This document shows, in pieces, positions 1 to 8,686 of a stretch of DNA of 40,869 bases. A model generated the notes under the pieces. The model had not been told where the DNA came from. It searched no databases and saw nothing but the letters and a program-made list of their open reading frames with translations. Source of the DNA: a virus (lineage: Duplodnaviria; Heunggongvirae; Uroviricota; Caudoviricetes); IMG/VR virus record IMGVR_UViG_2541047754_000003, one strand, 5' to 3'. Made by a program: the position numbers and the translations under genes. Numbering within the stretch: position 1 is the first letter of the stretch; each line of letters starts with the position of its first letter.

Positions 1-516
1 ATGAAATTTAAAAAATGTCTTCTGCCTGTGGCAATGTTAGCGTCATTCACTCTGGCAGGATGCCAGTCAAATGCTGATGATCATGCTGCCGATGTTTATC
101 AAACCGATCAACTGAATACCAAACAAGAAACTAAAACCGTTAATATTATTTCCATTCTTCCCGCAAAAGTTGCCGTAGACAACGCCCAAAATAAACGGAA
201 CGCACAAGCCTTCGGCGCGCTTATTGGCGCTGTCGCTGGCGGTGTTATCGGCCACAACGTCGGGTCTGGCAGCAATTCCGGAACGACGGCAGGTGCAGTT
301 GGCGGCGGAGCTGTAGGCGCGGCAGCGGGTTCGATGGTGAATGATAAAACCTTAGTGGAAGGTGTTTCTTTAACATATAAGGAAGGCACCAAAGTGTATA
401 CCTCCACCCAGGTGGGTAAAGAGTGCCAGTTTACGACAGGTTTAGCCGTTGTTATTACCACGACGTATAACGAAACGCGTATTCAGCCAAATACCAAATG
501 TCCTGAAAAGAGCTAA
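1..516 (+). CDS. Outer-membrane lipoprotein, glycine-zipper type (YcfJ/SlyB/OsmB-like); possibly host flank
   Basis: N-terminal signal peptide with lipobox LAGC; Gly/Ala-rich GxxxG-type zipper segment (GALIGAVAGGVIGHNVG...); 171-aa ORF. Confidence 0.6.
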   Translation: MKFKKCLLPVAMLASFTLAGCQSNADDHAADVYQTDQLNTKQETKTVNIISILPAKVAVDNAQNKRNAQAFGALIGAVAGGVIGHNVGSGSNSGTTAGAVGGGAVGAAAGSMVNDKTLVEGVSLTYKEGTKVYTSTQVGKECQFTTGLAVVITTTYNETRIQPNTKCPEKS

Positions 517-531
517 TAATCAGGAGGAGTC

Positions 532-1071
532 ATGAAGAAAGTTTTTCTTTGCGCCATCTTAGCCTCCTTAAGCTATCCGGCTATCGCCTCATCATTGCAG
601 GATCAACTCTCGGCTGTCGCAGAAGCGGAACAGCAAGGTAAAAATGAAGAGCAAAGGCAGCATGACGAATGGGTCGCGGAGCGCAACAGGGAAATCCAGC
701 AAGAGAAGCAACGTCGCGCAAACGCCCAGGCCGCGGCTAATAAAAGAGCGGCAACGGCAGCGGCGAATAAGAAAGCTCGTCAGGATAAACTGGACGCCGA
801 AGCCACTGCGGACAAAAAACGCGATCAAAGTTATGAAGATGAGCTACGCAGCTTAGAGATTCAGAAACAAAAACTGGCGCTGGCGAAAGAAGAAGCCCGC
901 GTCAAGCGCGAAAACGAATTTATCGATCAGGAACTGAAGCACAAAGCTGCGCAAACCGATGTGGTGCAATCTGAAGCTGACGCAAACAGAAATATGACTG
1001 AAGGCGGTCGCGATCTGATGAAAAGCGTGGGTAAAGCAGAAGAGAACAAATCGGACAGCTGGTTTAACTAA
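532..1071 (+). CDS. Secreted, highly charged Lys/Glu/Ala-rich coiled-coil protein of unknown function
   Basis: Strong RBS caGGAGGagtc before ATG; cleavable signal peptide (..SYPAIA-SS); followed by intrinsic terminator. Confidence 0.6.
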   Translation: MKKVFLCAILASLSYPAIASSLQDQLSAVAEAEQQGKNEEQRQHDEWVAERNREIQQEKQRRANAQAAANKRAATAAANKKARQDKLDAEATADKKRDQSYEDELRSLEIQKQKLALAKEEARVKRENEFIDQELKHKAAQTDVVQSEADANRNMTEGGRDLMKSVGKAEENKSDSWFN

Positions 1072-1115
1072 GCGATGTCAGTAACTTCAAGCCTATGATT
1101 CGTGAGTATAAAAAA

Positions 1116-1142
1116 CCCTCTGTAGTAACAGAGGGTTTTGTT
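1116..1142 (+). terminator. Rho-independent terminator
   Basis: 8-bp GC-rich stem CCCTCTGT/ACAGAGGG, loop AGTA, then TTTTGTT; A-run upstream could make it bidirectional. Confidence 0.6.
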
Positions 1143-1289
1143 CATTCATAGTGCAGGGTTCAAATCATTCCCACTCAATTATTTACGAAAACCATAACCA
1201 ATTGACTGATAACAACTTTCCTCAACCTAATTTTCACCGTACCGTTTTATATACCGTCACCGGAAATCAGTACCATGAAAAATGCCATG

Positions 1290-1772
1290 CTATCTTGTCA
1301 GGGTGTCATACTGTTTTTCGCAGACTCTTCCGGCTTCGGCTGCCCGGTCAGCATACTCTGCCAGTTGTCTGTTTCTCTCGAGAGATTTGCTGAGCACGTC
1401 GGCAAGCAAAACTCCGGTGTCTGCGGCTGACGTCCCAGCGCCGACAATGGCGTTATACTGCCTGAGCTGCTCACGGATGGCAAAGAGTTGTTGCTGCAAC
1501 CTGCCAGCGCGAGCGGCAGCATCAAGAGCATCATTGCGCGCCTGGTCGATTCTTTGCTGCGCTTCACGTTCATTGGTCACTTTCTCCTGTTCGTAGTACT
1601 GACGAACTTTGTCTTCTTCGTCTTTGCGGTCTTCTTCCGCCTGCGCATACCCGGCATCGTACTGGCGACTACCGTGTATATTCCAGGCAACCACTCCGAC
1701 GATGAACAGAGCAGCAAGCATCACCACGATAACCAGTTGTTTCCAATATGCTTTTACGAATGCCCAGATCAT
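1290..1772 (-). CDS. Rz-like i-spanin (inner-membrane spanin subunit)
   Basis: N-terminal TM helix followed by charged coiled-coil; 4-nt overlap with endolysin stop; last gene of lysis cassette. Confidence 0.75.
   Translation of the reverse strand: MIWAFVKAYWKQLVIVVMLAALFIVGVVAWNIHGSRQYDAGYAQAEEDRKDEEDKVRQYYEQEKVTNEREAQQRIDQARNDALDAAARAGRLQQQLFAIREQLRQYNAIVGAGTSAADTGVLLADVLSKSLERNRQLAEYADRAAEAGRVCEKQYDTLTR
1298..1573 (-). CDS. Rz1-like o-spanin lipoprotein, fully embedded in the Rz gene in another frame
   Basis: ATG at 1573 with AGGAG upstream; signal peptide with lipobox LALAGC; Pro-containing mature part; embedded architecture as in lambda Rz/Rz1. Confidence 0.7.
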   Translation of the reverse strand: MNVKRSKESTRRAMMLLMLPLALAGCSNNSLPSVSSSGSITPLSALGRQPQTPEFCLPTCSANLSRETDNWQSMLTGQPKPEESAKNSMTP

Positions 1773-2398
1773 ATAGCCAGCACCTTACTGGCAGTGACGT
1801 ACCGCGCGCGCCGGTCGTCGATGCCGTTCCGGCCACCATTGATAATCAGAGTTACACGTACAATATCTCCGGTATACTTCATGCAGCCTTTGCTGGAGAA
1901 GAACCAGGCCGCGCTACGAGCCGCGTATTCGTCCTGTGCCAGCAGTTCAGGATTCTCCAGCAGGTCCACTTTCAGGCCGTTTCCGCAATCACGATAGTTA
2001 TTCAAACCGGTAATCTGGATAAGTCCGCGGCCACGGTAATTCCAGCCATCGCCGGGGGCATTGTTCCCCATGCGTTTGCTGTACACCAGATTGGCAATCG
2101 CTCGCTGGCGCTCGAGTGGCAATGGTGGTTCACCAGCATGGCGACCCAGTGCATTAGCCTGCCCCTGAGTGAGACGCCCAGCCCGAACGAAGTTAGCCAG
2201 TCCGCTGACACTGTAGTTGAAATTCTCCTGCAACCTGGTGAAGCCCCCAGACTCATGCCCGACTTGGGCAATAAACATTGCCTGATCTTCTGCTTTGCTG
2301 ATACCAAACTCTTTCATCGCAGAAGTTATATGCGAGAACCAGCGTGCGGCCAGCGCCTCGCTAATACCAGCAGCTCGCTGGAATTGTTTAATCTCCAT
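1769..2398 (-). CDS. Endolysin, glycoside hydrolase family 19 (chitinase-like lysozyme)
   Basis: Start reassigned to ATG 2398 (MEIKQFQ...) rather than upstream extension; motif [12 protein letters not shown] typical of GH19 endolysins; sits between holin and Rz. Confidence 0.85.
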   Translation of the reverse strand: MEIKQFQRAAGISEALAARWFSHITSAMKEFGISKAEDQAMFIAQVGHESGGFTRLQENFNYSVSGLANFVRAGRLTQGQANALGRHAGEPPLPLERQRAIANLVYSKRMGNNAPGDGWNYRGRGLIQITGLNNYRDCGNGLKVDLLENPELLAQDEYAARSAAWFFSSKGCMKYTGDIVRVTLIINGGRNGIDDRRARYVTASKVLAI

Positions 2399-2696
2399 GT
2401 TTAGACCTCGATATTTTGAAAATCTGAACAACGTTACCGCGTGTTTTAATAACCGCGGCAAGCATGACAGCGTTGATAATGACCTCAGATAAATCCACAG
2501 CCATTGGCGTGCGTAACCAGATTGCATAGACGACACGAACAGGAATACTGGCCGCAGCAACAATAAGGAAATAAGCAAGCCACCCTCCCCATCTTCGATG
2601 TTGAGAGCCGTTACGCCGGAATGTGACAACGCGAATTGCTATGCCAGTACAAATAACTGCATTGGTGATAAGCAAAAAAAACTCATGCGTTACCAT
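2388..2696 (-). CDS. Holin/antiholin-like small membrane protein
   Basis: 102 aa with 2-3 predicted TM helices; overlaps endolysin start; lysis cassette position. Confidence 0.6.
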   Translation of the reverse strand: MVTHEFFLLITNAVICTGIAIRVVTFRRNGSQHRRWGGWLAYFLIVAAASIPVRVVYAIWLRTPMAVDLSEVIINAVMLAAVIKTRGNVVQIFKISRSKHGD

Positions 2697-3087
2697 CGTC
2701 TTTTCTCCCCGGAATTAAATCGCGTGGATTGTCTGAACGGTGGTAGAGCCATATACCAATACGCACAGCGACAATTGCTGACACGAATGCGCCAGCAGAG
2801 AAAACAATCCCTTTTTCAAAAGAGTCCTGCGTGATGGTAGGGATCAGGCTGGCTATGCCGATAAGAATTGATGCTGCTGGTTTGTAGAAAAGAAGTCCAC
2901 AGAGAAAGCTAAGCATCGATAAGAGTACGCGACGATGAATTGGGTACTCTACCGCAGAGGTAACAAAAATTACCGCACCAGCAAGAGCACCGAGCGCCAC
3001 CTCTGGCGGAACGCCTACGATAACTGCAGCAAGAGAGCTCACACTAAGCCATTGATTTAAAGAATCAGTAGTTAGATGGGCTGACAT
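2683..3087 (-). CDS. Putative holin (multi-TM membrane protein)
   Basis: About 134 aa from first ATG (ORF track starts at GTG 3096); several hydrophobic helices; first gene of lysis cassette after tailspike. Confidence 0.6.
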   Translation of the reverse strand: MSAHLTTDSLNQWLSVSSLAAVIVGVPPEVALGALAGAVIFVTSAVEYPIHRRVLLSMLSFLCGLLFYKPAASILIGIASLIPTITQDSFEKGIVFSAGAFVSAIVAVRIGIWLYHRSDNPRDLIPGRKDDGNA

Positions 3088-3316
3088 AATGAACACCGTT
3101 TATTACGCATAACAATCTCCTTACTATTGAAGATTCACACATAATAAACCATTTAAGGATAATAGTTACCTCAAAACGCTGTATTTCTACCTTCTACGGC
3201 AATGAAAATTTCGTTCAGAAAATGGTCTAGTGTACCTCTCAGTCACAATTAAAGAAGAAAGAAGCCGAACTTACTTCGTAATAAGCAAGCCGGCTACTAA
3301 GATTAATCCTCAATAT

Positions 3317-6073
3317 TTAGCTACTTTCAAGCATTGCAAGACGTGATTCTATTTTTTCGATTCTTCTACGCAAATAAGCTGACTCAAGCCATAAACACTG
3401 GTCAGTACGGATACCCCACCTATTTCCAGCCTTGCAAACCAGAGTTCGCTCTTCTGTTTCGTATTCTTCTTCCATCTCAATTTCGACGCCATCCACAACT
3501 TTAGTGATCATCCTTACCGCCATCACTGGCGCGTATTTATCATCCCATTCATCGTAACAGAGAAGGCCAAATCTGGTTCCATCAATCCCATGCGCGAGGA
3601 AAGTGTCTCTCACTTGTTGTGCTATAACACCAAAATGCCAGCGGGCACCATCTCCCTTTTCCCTGACGGCATCAAGCCAGCGAAAAGCTACAATCCTGAT
3701 ATCTCCCCATGCATCCAGAATTGCATCACCTTCATAACCACGAGACATATACAAGCTGAGCTCACTTGTACTAATCGGTTCACTTTTTTCTCTACCATCT
3801 GATGTGTTTATCGAACCGTTCGCAGAATAAACCTGTGCCCATCTAAATGATGGTGCACCAAGAGATTTGCTGTTATCAATAATTGGTGAAAAATTACCTT
3901 TAATGGCAATATTTCCAGAGTCGCCGAATATATTAATAACTGCAGAGTCATCACCATGGTTTTTTACGCTTAAGTTTCTTGATGAAATATTTATATCTTT
4001 GTTATATCCACTAACATTAATCCATCTTTTACCATCAATGTGATACCCGTAAATATTTCCGTCTGATTGTTCGTCAGGTGACTCTCTAAGAACAATAGCA
4101 TCTGCTCCAGACGACCATTGTATTTTTGTATCTGTAGGCCTCCAGTTCTTTATAATGAACGAACCATCAGTAAACTCCGTTTTTATTTGTCTATTGTCTA
4201 CAAATGCGTCTCTTGGTTTAAACTCACTTGTGTTAACGCTGCTCTGAAGATCAGAAGCAAAAAATCTAAGATTTCCTGTATAACCCTGAGTCTCGGTCTG
4301 GTTATACGCAATCATAATTCCATTTTCAAACTCAGATGATGTTATTTTAACATCACGGCAATCACCAAAAATGCAATTTCCTTTATCAAATGTTGTTTGA
4401 GCTTTGAATTTATCAAACCTTAAATTACGAACAGGGAAACCATCAACCTCTAATGCAAAGGATGCAGGAAGGCCAAAGTATTCTGATGGCTTACCTGATG
4501 TATGATCAAGAGTAGTGGCTACTGTATTCTCAAAAACAGTCCCGCTAAAATTATTACCAATTGACGGAAACCTGATTACACTTATTGTACCTTGTATTTC
4601 AGGAGAAATACCAGATAGTGTGATGTTAGCTCCATCAAATGATGCATCTGAATACGTATATACTGATTCACTGCCAGCAATTTTAAACTGTTTAACTGAA
4701 GTTATTCTCATCGACTTTTTATGTTTAAATGTCACTGAGCTTTCAGTATTACTTACAAGATCAATCTGAGGGCTATTCCTTATCGCGATCCCTGACTGGA
4801 CATAAACGTTATTAAAGTGCGTTTTTTCAGGATTTCCCTTCATTGAAAGGCTCCCGTCATTTTCTGTCAGTAGTAGTCCTTTTACCCTCCAATAGCCGAC
4901 AATCTGTACGTTATCAATAACTGAATCACAGCTATCGTATACATGCAACCCTATATCCCAGTTATCACCCAATGAATAAGAATCAGGGTTATTGTATCCT
5001 TCAATACCATTTTTACTTACCATTATTCTCAGATTGCGTAACTGTGATGCCCTGTTGATACTAACAGCTACGCTCATGGCTTTTGGTGTAGCAGGAGTAA
5101 CACCTACAGAATCTTCATTTGTAAACTCAGTGAACTTACAAGATATCCCTTCAACAATTTTAACTGGTCTTTCATTAGAGATGTTAAAAAAATATTTGTT
5201 TTTTTCTCCATCACCAGTAAATACAAGATGGGTTCCTTTACTCCAACTTTTTAATAATCTTTCAGGCGCTGGTCTATATGTATCCCAGTAATCAATTCCA
5301 TCACCAATTAATGAAACTCCAGGAGGCACATCTATATTCTTAGAAATCATCCATTTACCTGCAGGTATTCTAACGACACTTGCACCAGAATTTATCGCAT
5401 TAATTAACCATTCAGACGCATCAACTTCAAAATTTAATGCAGCATATCTTTGCTCAAACGGAACAAAATCAAGAGCGTTAACGTTATCCCGCATCTTATC
5501 CTGGAACGTTCGGTATACTGCTCCAGAACCATACTGAATAAACCAACCAAAACCACCAATAACTCCGGCGATTGCAGCATCGACATAATTACGCATTGAG
5601 CGATTATTTACAGCGTCCTGCTCAAGTGATGGATCAGCAAGGTTAGATATTCTGTTTTGCTTTGCATCGTAATATTTTGCAAGCAAAGATGGTTTCATCA
5701 ATGCACGTCTGAACCACCCAAAACATTGCTGGATCAGCATCGTCAGGTAGTCAAAAGCATCTTCATGCACTTCGGGGAAAAATTTACCCTGATTGCGAAG
5801 GTCTGTCTCCTGCACTACATCAAGCACACGATCTATCGTAATTCGCCATCCAGCAGCAAGCGGAGACGGAAGAACAACAGAACCGCCACTATAAGTGCCC
5901 GCCCCAGTTACCGTATAACCGGTATCCAGAACCAATTCTGTTACGTTCCCGTTCAGGTCAGACACCTGAACAACCAGGTCGGATTTTTTGAAAATACGGA
6001 AGGTATACGGAAATGATGTCGTAGCGCCGTTACCAGTGTATTCGTTGTGGTCAACTTCGGTTGAGACCGTCAT
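3317..6073 (-). CDS. Tailspike: conserved podovirus N-terminal anchor domain, central beta-helix-like enzymatic domain, C-terminal self-cleaving intramolecular chaperone (peptidase S74-like)
   Basis: 918 aa; N-terminus MTVSTEVDHNEYTGNG...; Gly/Asn/Ser-rich repeats typical of beta-helix depolymerases; C-terminal motif S-D-G-R-E-K (Ser/Lys dyad spacing). Confidence 0.85.
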   Translation of the reverse strand: MTVSTEVDHNEYTGNGATTSFPYTFRIFKKSDLVVQVSDLNGNVTELVLDTGYTVTGAGTYSGGSVVLPSPLAAGWRITIDRVLDVVQETDLRNQGKFFPEVHEDAFDYLTMLIQQCFGWFRRALMKPSLLAKYYDAKQNRISNLADPSLEQDAVNNRSMRNYVDAAIAGVIGGFGWFIQYGSGAVYRTFQDKMRDNVNALDFVPFEQRYAALNFEVDASEWLINAINSGASVVRIPAGKWMISKNIDVPPGVSLIGDGIDYWDTYRPAPERLLKSWSKGTHLVFTGDGEKNKYFFNISNERPVKIVEGISCKFTEFTNEDSVGVTPATPKAMSVAVSINRASQLRNLRIMVSKNGIEGYNNPDSYSLGDNWDIGLHVYDSCDSVIDNVQIVGYWRVKGLLLTENDGSLSMKGNPEKTHFNNVYVQSGIAIRNSPQIDLVSNTESSVTFKHKKSMRITSVKQFKIAGSESVYTYSDASFDGANITLSGISPEIQGTISVIRFPSIGNNFSGTVFENTVATTLDHTSGKPSEYFGLPASFALEVDGFPVRNLRFDKFKAQTTFDKGNCIFGDCRDVKITSSEFENGIMIAYNQTETQGYTGNLRFFASDLQSSVNTSEFKPRDAFVDNRQIKTEFTDGSFIIKNWRPTDTKIQWSSGADAIVLRESPDEQSDGNIYGYHIDGKRWINVSGYNKDINISSRNLSVKNHGDDSAVINIFGDSGNIAIKGNFSPIIDNSKSLGAPSFRWAQVYSANGSINTSDGREKSEPISTSELSLYMSRGYEGDAILDAWGDIRIVAFRWLDAVREKGDGARWHFGVIAQQVRDTFLAHGIDGTRFGLLCYDEWDDKYAPVMAVRMITKVVDGVEIEMEEEYETEERTLVCKAGNRWGIRTDQCLWLESAYLRRRIEKIESRLAMLESS

Positions 6074-6177
6074 GTTAAATCTCCAGATAGTCGCAGCACC
6101 CGTTGCGCCGCATATCTGGTTATTCTATTACCTGAAAAACCATATATGGATAGATAACCCATAAATACGAAAAGATA

Positions 6178-6192
6178 TTACCTTTCAGGTGA
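6178..6192. promoter_or_regulatory. Operator-like palindrome TTACC-N5-GGTGA (one mismatch to TTACC-N5-GGTAA)
   Basis: Sequence TTACCTTTCAGGTGA upstream of the LexA-box gene. Confidence 0.45.
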
Positions 6193-6229
6193 TTTGCAAA
6201 ACGTGCTGGATAGCAAACAAATTATTTGA

Positions 6230-6249
6230 TACTGTATATTTATACAGTT
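6230..6249. promoter_or_regulatory. LexA (SOS) box
   Basis: TACTGTATATTTATACAGTT, 18/20 match to consensus TACTGTATATATATACAGTA with perfect CTGT-N8-ACAG core, about 20 bp upstream of start codon at 6269. Confidence 0.7.
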
Positions 6250-6268
6250 ATTGCATGGAGAAGATAAG

Positions 6269-6526
6269 ATGCAGCAGTATCACTATCCACTGGAAGACGG
6301 ATTTACCGAAAGGATTCACACGCCGGGAGGCGTCAGGTCACTGGTGGAGGGATCGCACTTGATGAAATTACTCCGGGATCTCGATAAGGATGGATTTAAT
6401 GTCGATGGCCCACTTGCCGAACTGACTGCACTGATTAACTACGTCACCAGCTCACAGATGTCTATGCAGGATCTGCAAACACATCTCGACTATTGTGCCG
6501 AACAATTACGAAAACAAACCCGGTAA
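6269..6526 (+). CDS. Small protein homologous to the C-terminal domain of the neighbouring antirepressor; SOS-regulated antirepressor candidate
   Basis: ATG 6269 with GGAG 8 nt upstream; about 45 percent identity by eye to C-terminus of the 7672-8358 product (shared IH.P.GV..L.E.S.LM.LL..L..DG..V.G..AEL...Y...Q.L.DLQTH..Y). Confidence 0.6.
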   Translation: MQQYHYPLEDGFTERIHTPGGVRSLVEGSHLMKLLRDLDKDGFNVDGPLAELTALINYVTSSQMSMQDLQTHLDYCAEQLRKQTR

Positions 6527-6560
6527 ATTTAAAGGCCGCAAGAGCGGCCTATCGTTTCGC
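6525..6560. terminator. Bidirectional intrinsic terminator between convergent genes
   Basis: Hairpin GGCCGC-AAGA-GCGGCC flanked by AAATTTAAA on one side and T-rich tract on the other. Confidence 0.5.
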
Positions 6561-7277
6561 TTTGTGCTCATCCCAGCACGTTTTGCACCATGCCATTAAG
6601 CCGTCCGCATTTTGATTATTAGGGTAAAAGCTGGTTCGTTTTCTGCGGACATTACAAATTGGGCACCACTTCATATGGCGTGTATTCTTTGGGCCATCGA
6701 GACACCTTGCACACCACTTAGTCAATCCATCTGGATTTTTTGACGATTTCCTGAATTTTTCATATGGAAGGTTTATTCTGCATCGCAAGCACTGCTTGCT
6801 ACCACTTGAAACTCTGTTAGCTGATTCTTCTTTTGGCGGCGATGCAGAAGGTATTCTTGCTGGCTCTGATACTGCCTGAGGTGCTTTTTTAGATGACTGA
6901 GACGATATGTCATCACCAGGGAATCTTCCATGATATGCCGGACGCGTTGACACTCCAGGTGGAAGCTCAGCTGTAAACGGCTTTGGCTGAATCAGTTGCC
7001 TCTCTTTTGCTAACTCCTGCTGTTTATAATATGTCTGGATTACCGCACTATCATAAGCAGGAGGTGCGGAAATATTAGGCGCATTACCTCCAGTTTTTTG
7101 AAACTGAGTAGAGGTGTGTTCTATCACCTGTGTACGATTAATCGTTATCTCCCCATCTTCGGTCTTTATCGTTTTGTTATGATTAACGACCGTACGATCA
7201 GAGATCTTAGTCTTGTTCTGGTTGATAACGTAAATAATCACCGCAACCACACCAACAACTATCCAGAAAACTTCCAT
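6549..7277 (-). CDS. Membrane-anchored protein with two C-terminal Cys4 zinc-ribbon modules; function unknown
   Basis: ATG 7277 with GAGGA RBS; N-terminal TM helix; Pro/Ser-rich linker; two C-x2-C...W-C-x2-C modules. Confidence 0.6.
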   Translation of the reverse strand: MEVFWIVVGVVAVIIYVINQNKTKISDRTVVNHNKTIKTEDGEITINRTQVIEHTSTQFQKTGGNAPNISAPPAYDSAVIQTYYKQQELAKERQLIQPKPFTAELPPGVSTRPAYHGRFPGDDISSQSSKKAPQAVSEPARIPSASPPKEESANRVSSGSKQCLRCRINLPYEKFRKSSKNPDGLTKWCARCLDGPKNTRHMKWCPICNVRRKRTSFYPNNQNADGLMAWCKTCWDEHKAKR

Positions 7278-7297
7278 TGCTTTTCCTCACAATAACA

Positions 7298-7312
7298 TTA
7301 CCTTAAAGGTAA
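7298..7312. promoter_or_regulatory. Operator palindrome TTACC-N5-GGTAA
   Basis: TTACCTTAAAGGTAA, perfect arms, between divergent genes 6549-7277 and ant. Confidence 0.6.
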
Positions 7313-7361
7313 TATCTTGCTTTCAGGTGATCAAGCGTTAAACGCAATCAACCAAATACGG

Positions 7362-7405
7362 TTGATTTTAATATTTCTTCGCGTTTATCATTACCTTTGC
7401 GGTAA
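7362..7405 (+). promoter_or_regulatory. Putative ant promoter (-35 TTGATT, -10 TATCAT) overlapped by operator TTACCTTTGCGGTAA (7391-7405)
   Basis: Sigma70-like hexamers with 18-bp spacer; perfect operator palindrome overlapping -10/+1. Confidence 0.5.
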
Positions 7406-7496
7406 ATTTACATCGCACTCCTCTTGTGCCATAGTAATCGGGCACTGGATTTTGCCAGTGCCGGGATTGGCGTCCCGGGTTACTACAGAGGCACAT

Positions 7497-7518
7497 ATGC
7501 CGCATAAGCGGTTTTTTT
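7497..7518 (+). terminator. Weak intrinsic terminator or attenuator in the ant leader
   Basis: Short GC stem (GCCGC/GCGGT) with loop ATAA followed by seven T; preceded by two stable hairpins at 7442-7478. Confidence 0.35.
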
Positions 7519-7671
7519 ATGTGTAAAGCGCACCTATTCTATGGTGGGCTGTGTGGGGGCACCGAAAGGTGCGCCGGGTCCTTTGTAGCCGGTTACGCCA
7601 ACCCTGCACAGTTCACCACCAACCGATTGGCGTCGGTAGTGGTGATTAACCTAACTACAAAGGTGATCACT

Positions 7672-8358
7672 ATGACTGCTAACGTAACCCCATCTGTTTT
7701 TCATTTTGAATCAGAGGCAACCATTCGAGCCATTGTTATTGATGGAAATCCTTGGTTTGTTGCCAAAGACGTTATTAAAGCTCTTCAACTGACAAACCCC
7801 ACTATGTCAATAAAATCTCTTGATGATGATGAAAGGGCTAAATTTAACTTAGGCCGTCAAGGCGAAACCAATATTATCAACGAGTCAGGCCTCTACACAC
7901 TGATCCTCCGCTGCCGCGATGCGGTGACACCAGGCACTATCCCCTACCGCTTTCGTAAATGGGTTACAGGTGAGGTTCTTCCTCAGATCCGCCGCACCGG
8001 AAGTTACATTAAAAACTCGCTCCCGCAGGAAGAACGCATAAAGATGGTTGCCGACCAGGTAGCCAACGCCACGGCGTCAGCAGTAATGCAGGCGATGAAG
8101 ATAGAGAACAAAACCTACAGTGCCCCGCTGAAGCCCGGCTACCGCAGCCTGATTCACTCGCCGTCTGGTGTTCTCGGCCTGACGGAGAACTCACTGCTGA
8201 TGAATCTGCTGAACCAGTTACAGGAAGACGGGCACGACGTATCGGGCGCGGCGGCAGAGCTGACCACCATGTTCTGCTACATCGTCGGTGTGAGCAAATG
8301 CCTGCGTGATATCCAGACGCACGCGGAGTACATCAACGACAAAGCAGGATTCTTCTGA
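7672..8358 (+). CDS. ant: Antirepressor (BRO-N-like N-terminal domain plus Ant C-terminal domain)
   Basis: ATG 7672 with AAGGTGA RBS; N-terminal FHFESEATIRAIVIDGNPWFVAKDVIKAL resembles BRO-N antirepressor domain; upstream part of ORF-track ORF is structured leader. Confidence 0.8.
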   Translation: MTANVTPSVFHFESEATIRAIVIDGNPWFVAKDVIKALQLTNPTMSIKSLDDDERAKFNLGRQGETNIINESGLYTLILRCRDAVTPGTIPYRFRKWVTGEVLPQIRRTGSYIKNSLPQEERIKMVADQVANATASAVMQAMKIENKTYSAPLKPGYRSLIHSPSGVLGLTENSLLMNLLNQLQEDGHDVSGAAAELTTMFCYIVGVSKCLRDIQTHAEYINDKAGFF

Positions 8359-8431
8359 CAGAACGGCGGCACATGGATGTGCCTTTAAATAATTCTGTAC
8401 AGATTGCAGACTGTTGGTGAATAGCGTACTA

Positions 8432-8446
8432 TTACCTCAAGGGTAA
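8432..8446. promoter_or_regulatory. Operator palindrome TTACC-N5-GGTAA
   Basis: TTACCTCAAGGGTAA about 60 bp upstream of the 8507 ORF. Confidence 0.6.
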
Positions 8447-8506
8447 ACGGATTGGTTTCATTTTTATTAATCCGTGTAATGAACTTATGAGATATGAGGT
8501 AATGTC

Positions 8507-8686
8507 ATGCGAAACGAAAAATTGCAGATGCGTAGAGCGCAAGCTGCCGCAAGACGTTCTTTCAATGGAAGCGTAGAGTGCGTAAAAGTTACTATGACAA
8601 AAGATCACGCAAGTCGCGTATCCCGCGCTTTCTTTGATTCTCGTAACAATAAGGAAAATTATGAGTTCGTCTGCGTCGCAGAATGA
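8507..8686 (+). CDS. Small ORF (59 aa) overlapping the next gene; candidate antitoxin or partner protein
   Basis: ATG 8507 with GAGGT RBS 6 nt upstream; 26-nt overlap with the 8661 gene; one codon below the ORF-track length cutoff. Confidence 0.4.
   Translation: MRNEKLQMRRAQAAARRSFNGSVECVKVTMTKDHASRVSRAFFDSRNNKENYEFVCVAE

Noticed and set aside
3097-3316. Operator or promoter between tailspike and lysis genes
   Set aside because: Only a single TTACC half-site is present (around 3170) with no partner GGTAA arm; no convincing palindrome.
7519-7671. N-terminal extension of the antirepressor ORF (track ORF 7519-8358)
   Set aside because: The extension is Cys/Gly-rich, lacks an RBS and coincides with hairpins; the ATG at 7672 has a good RBS and begins the conserved antirepressor domain.
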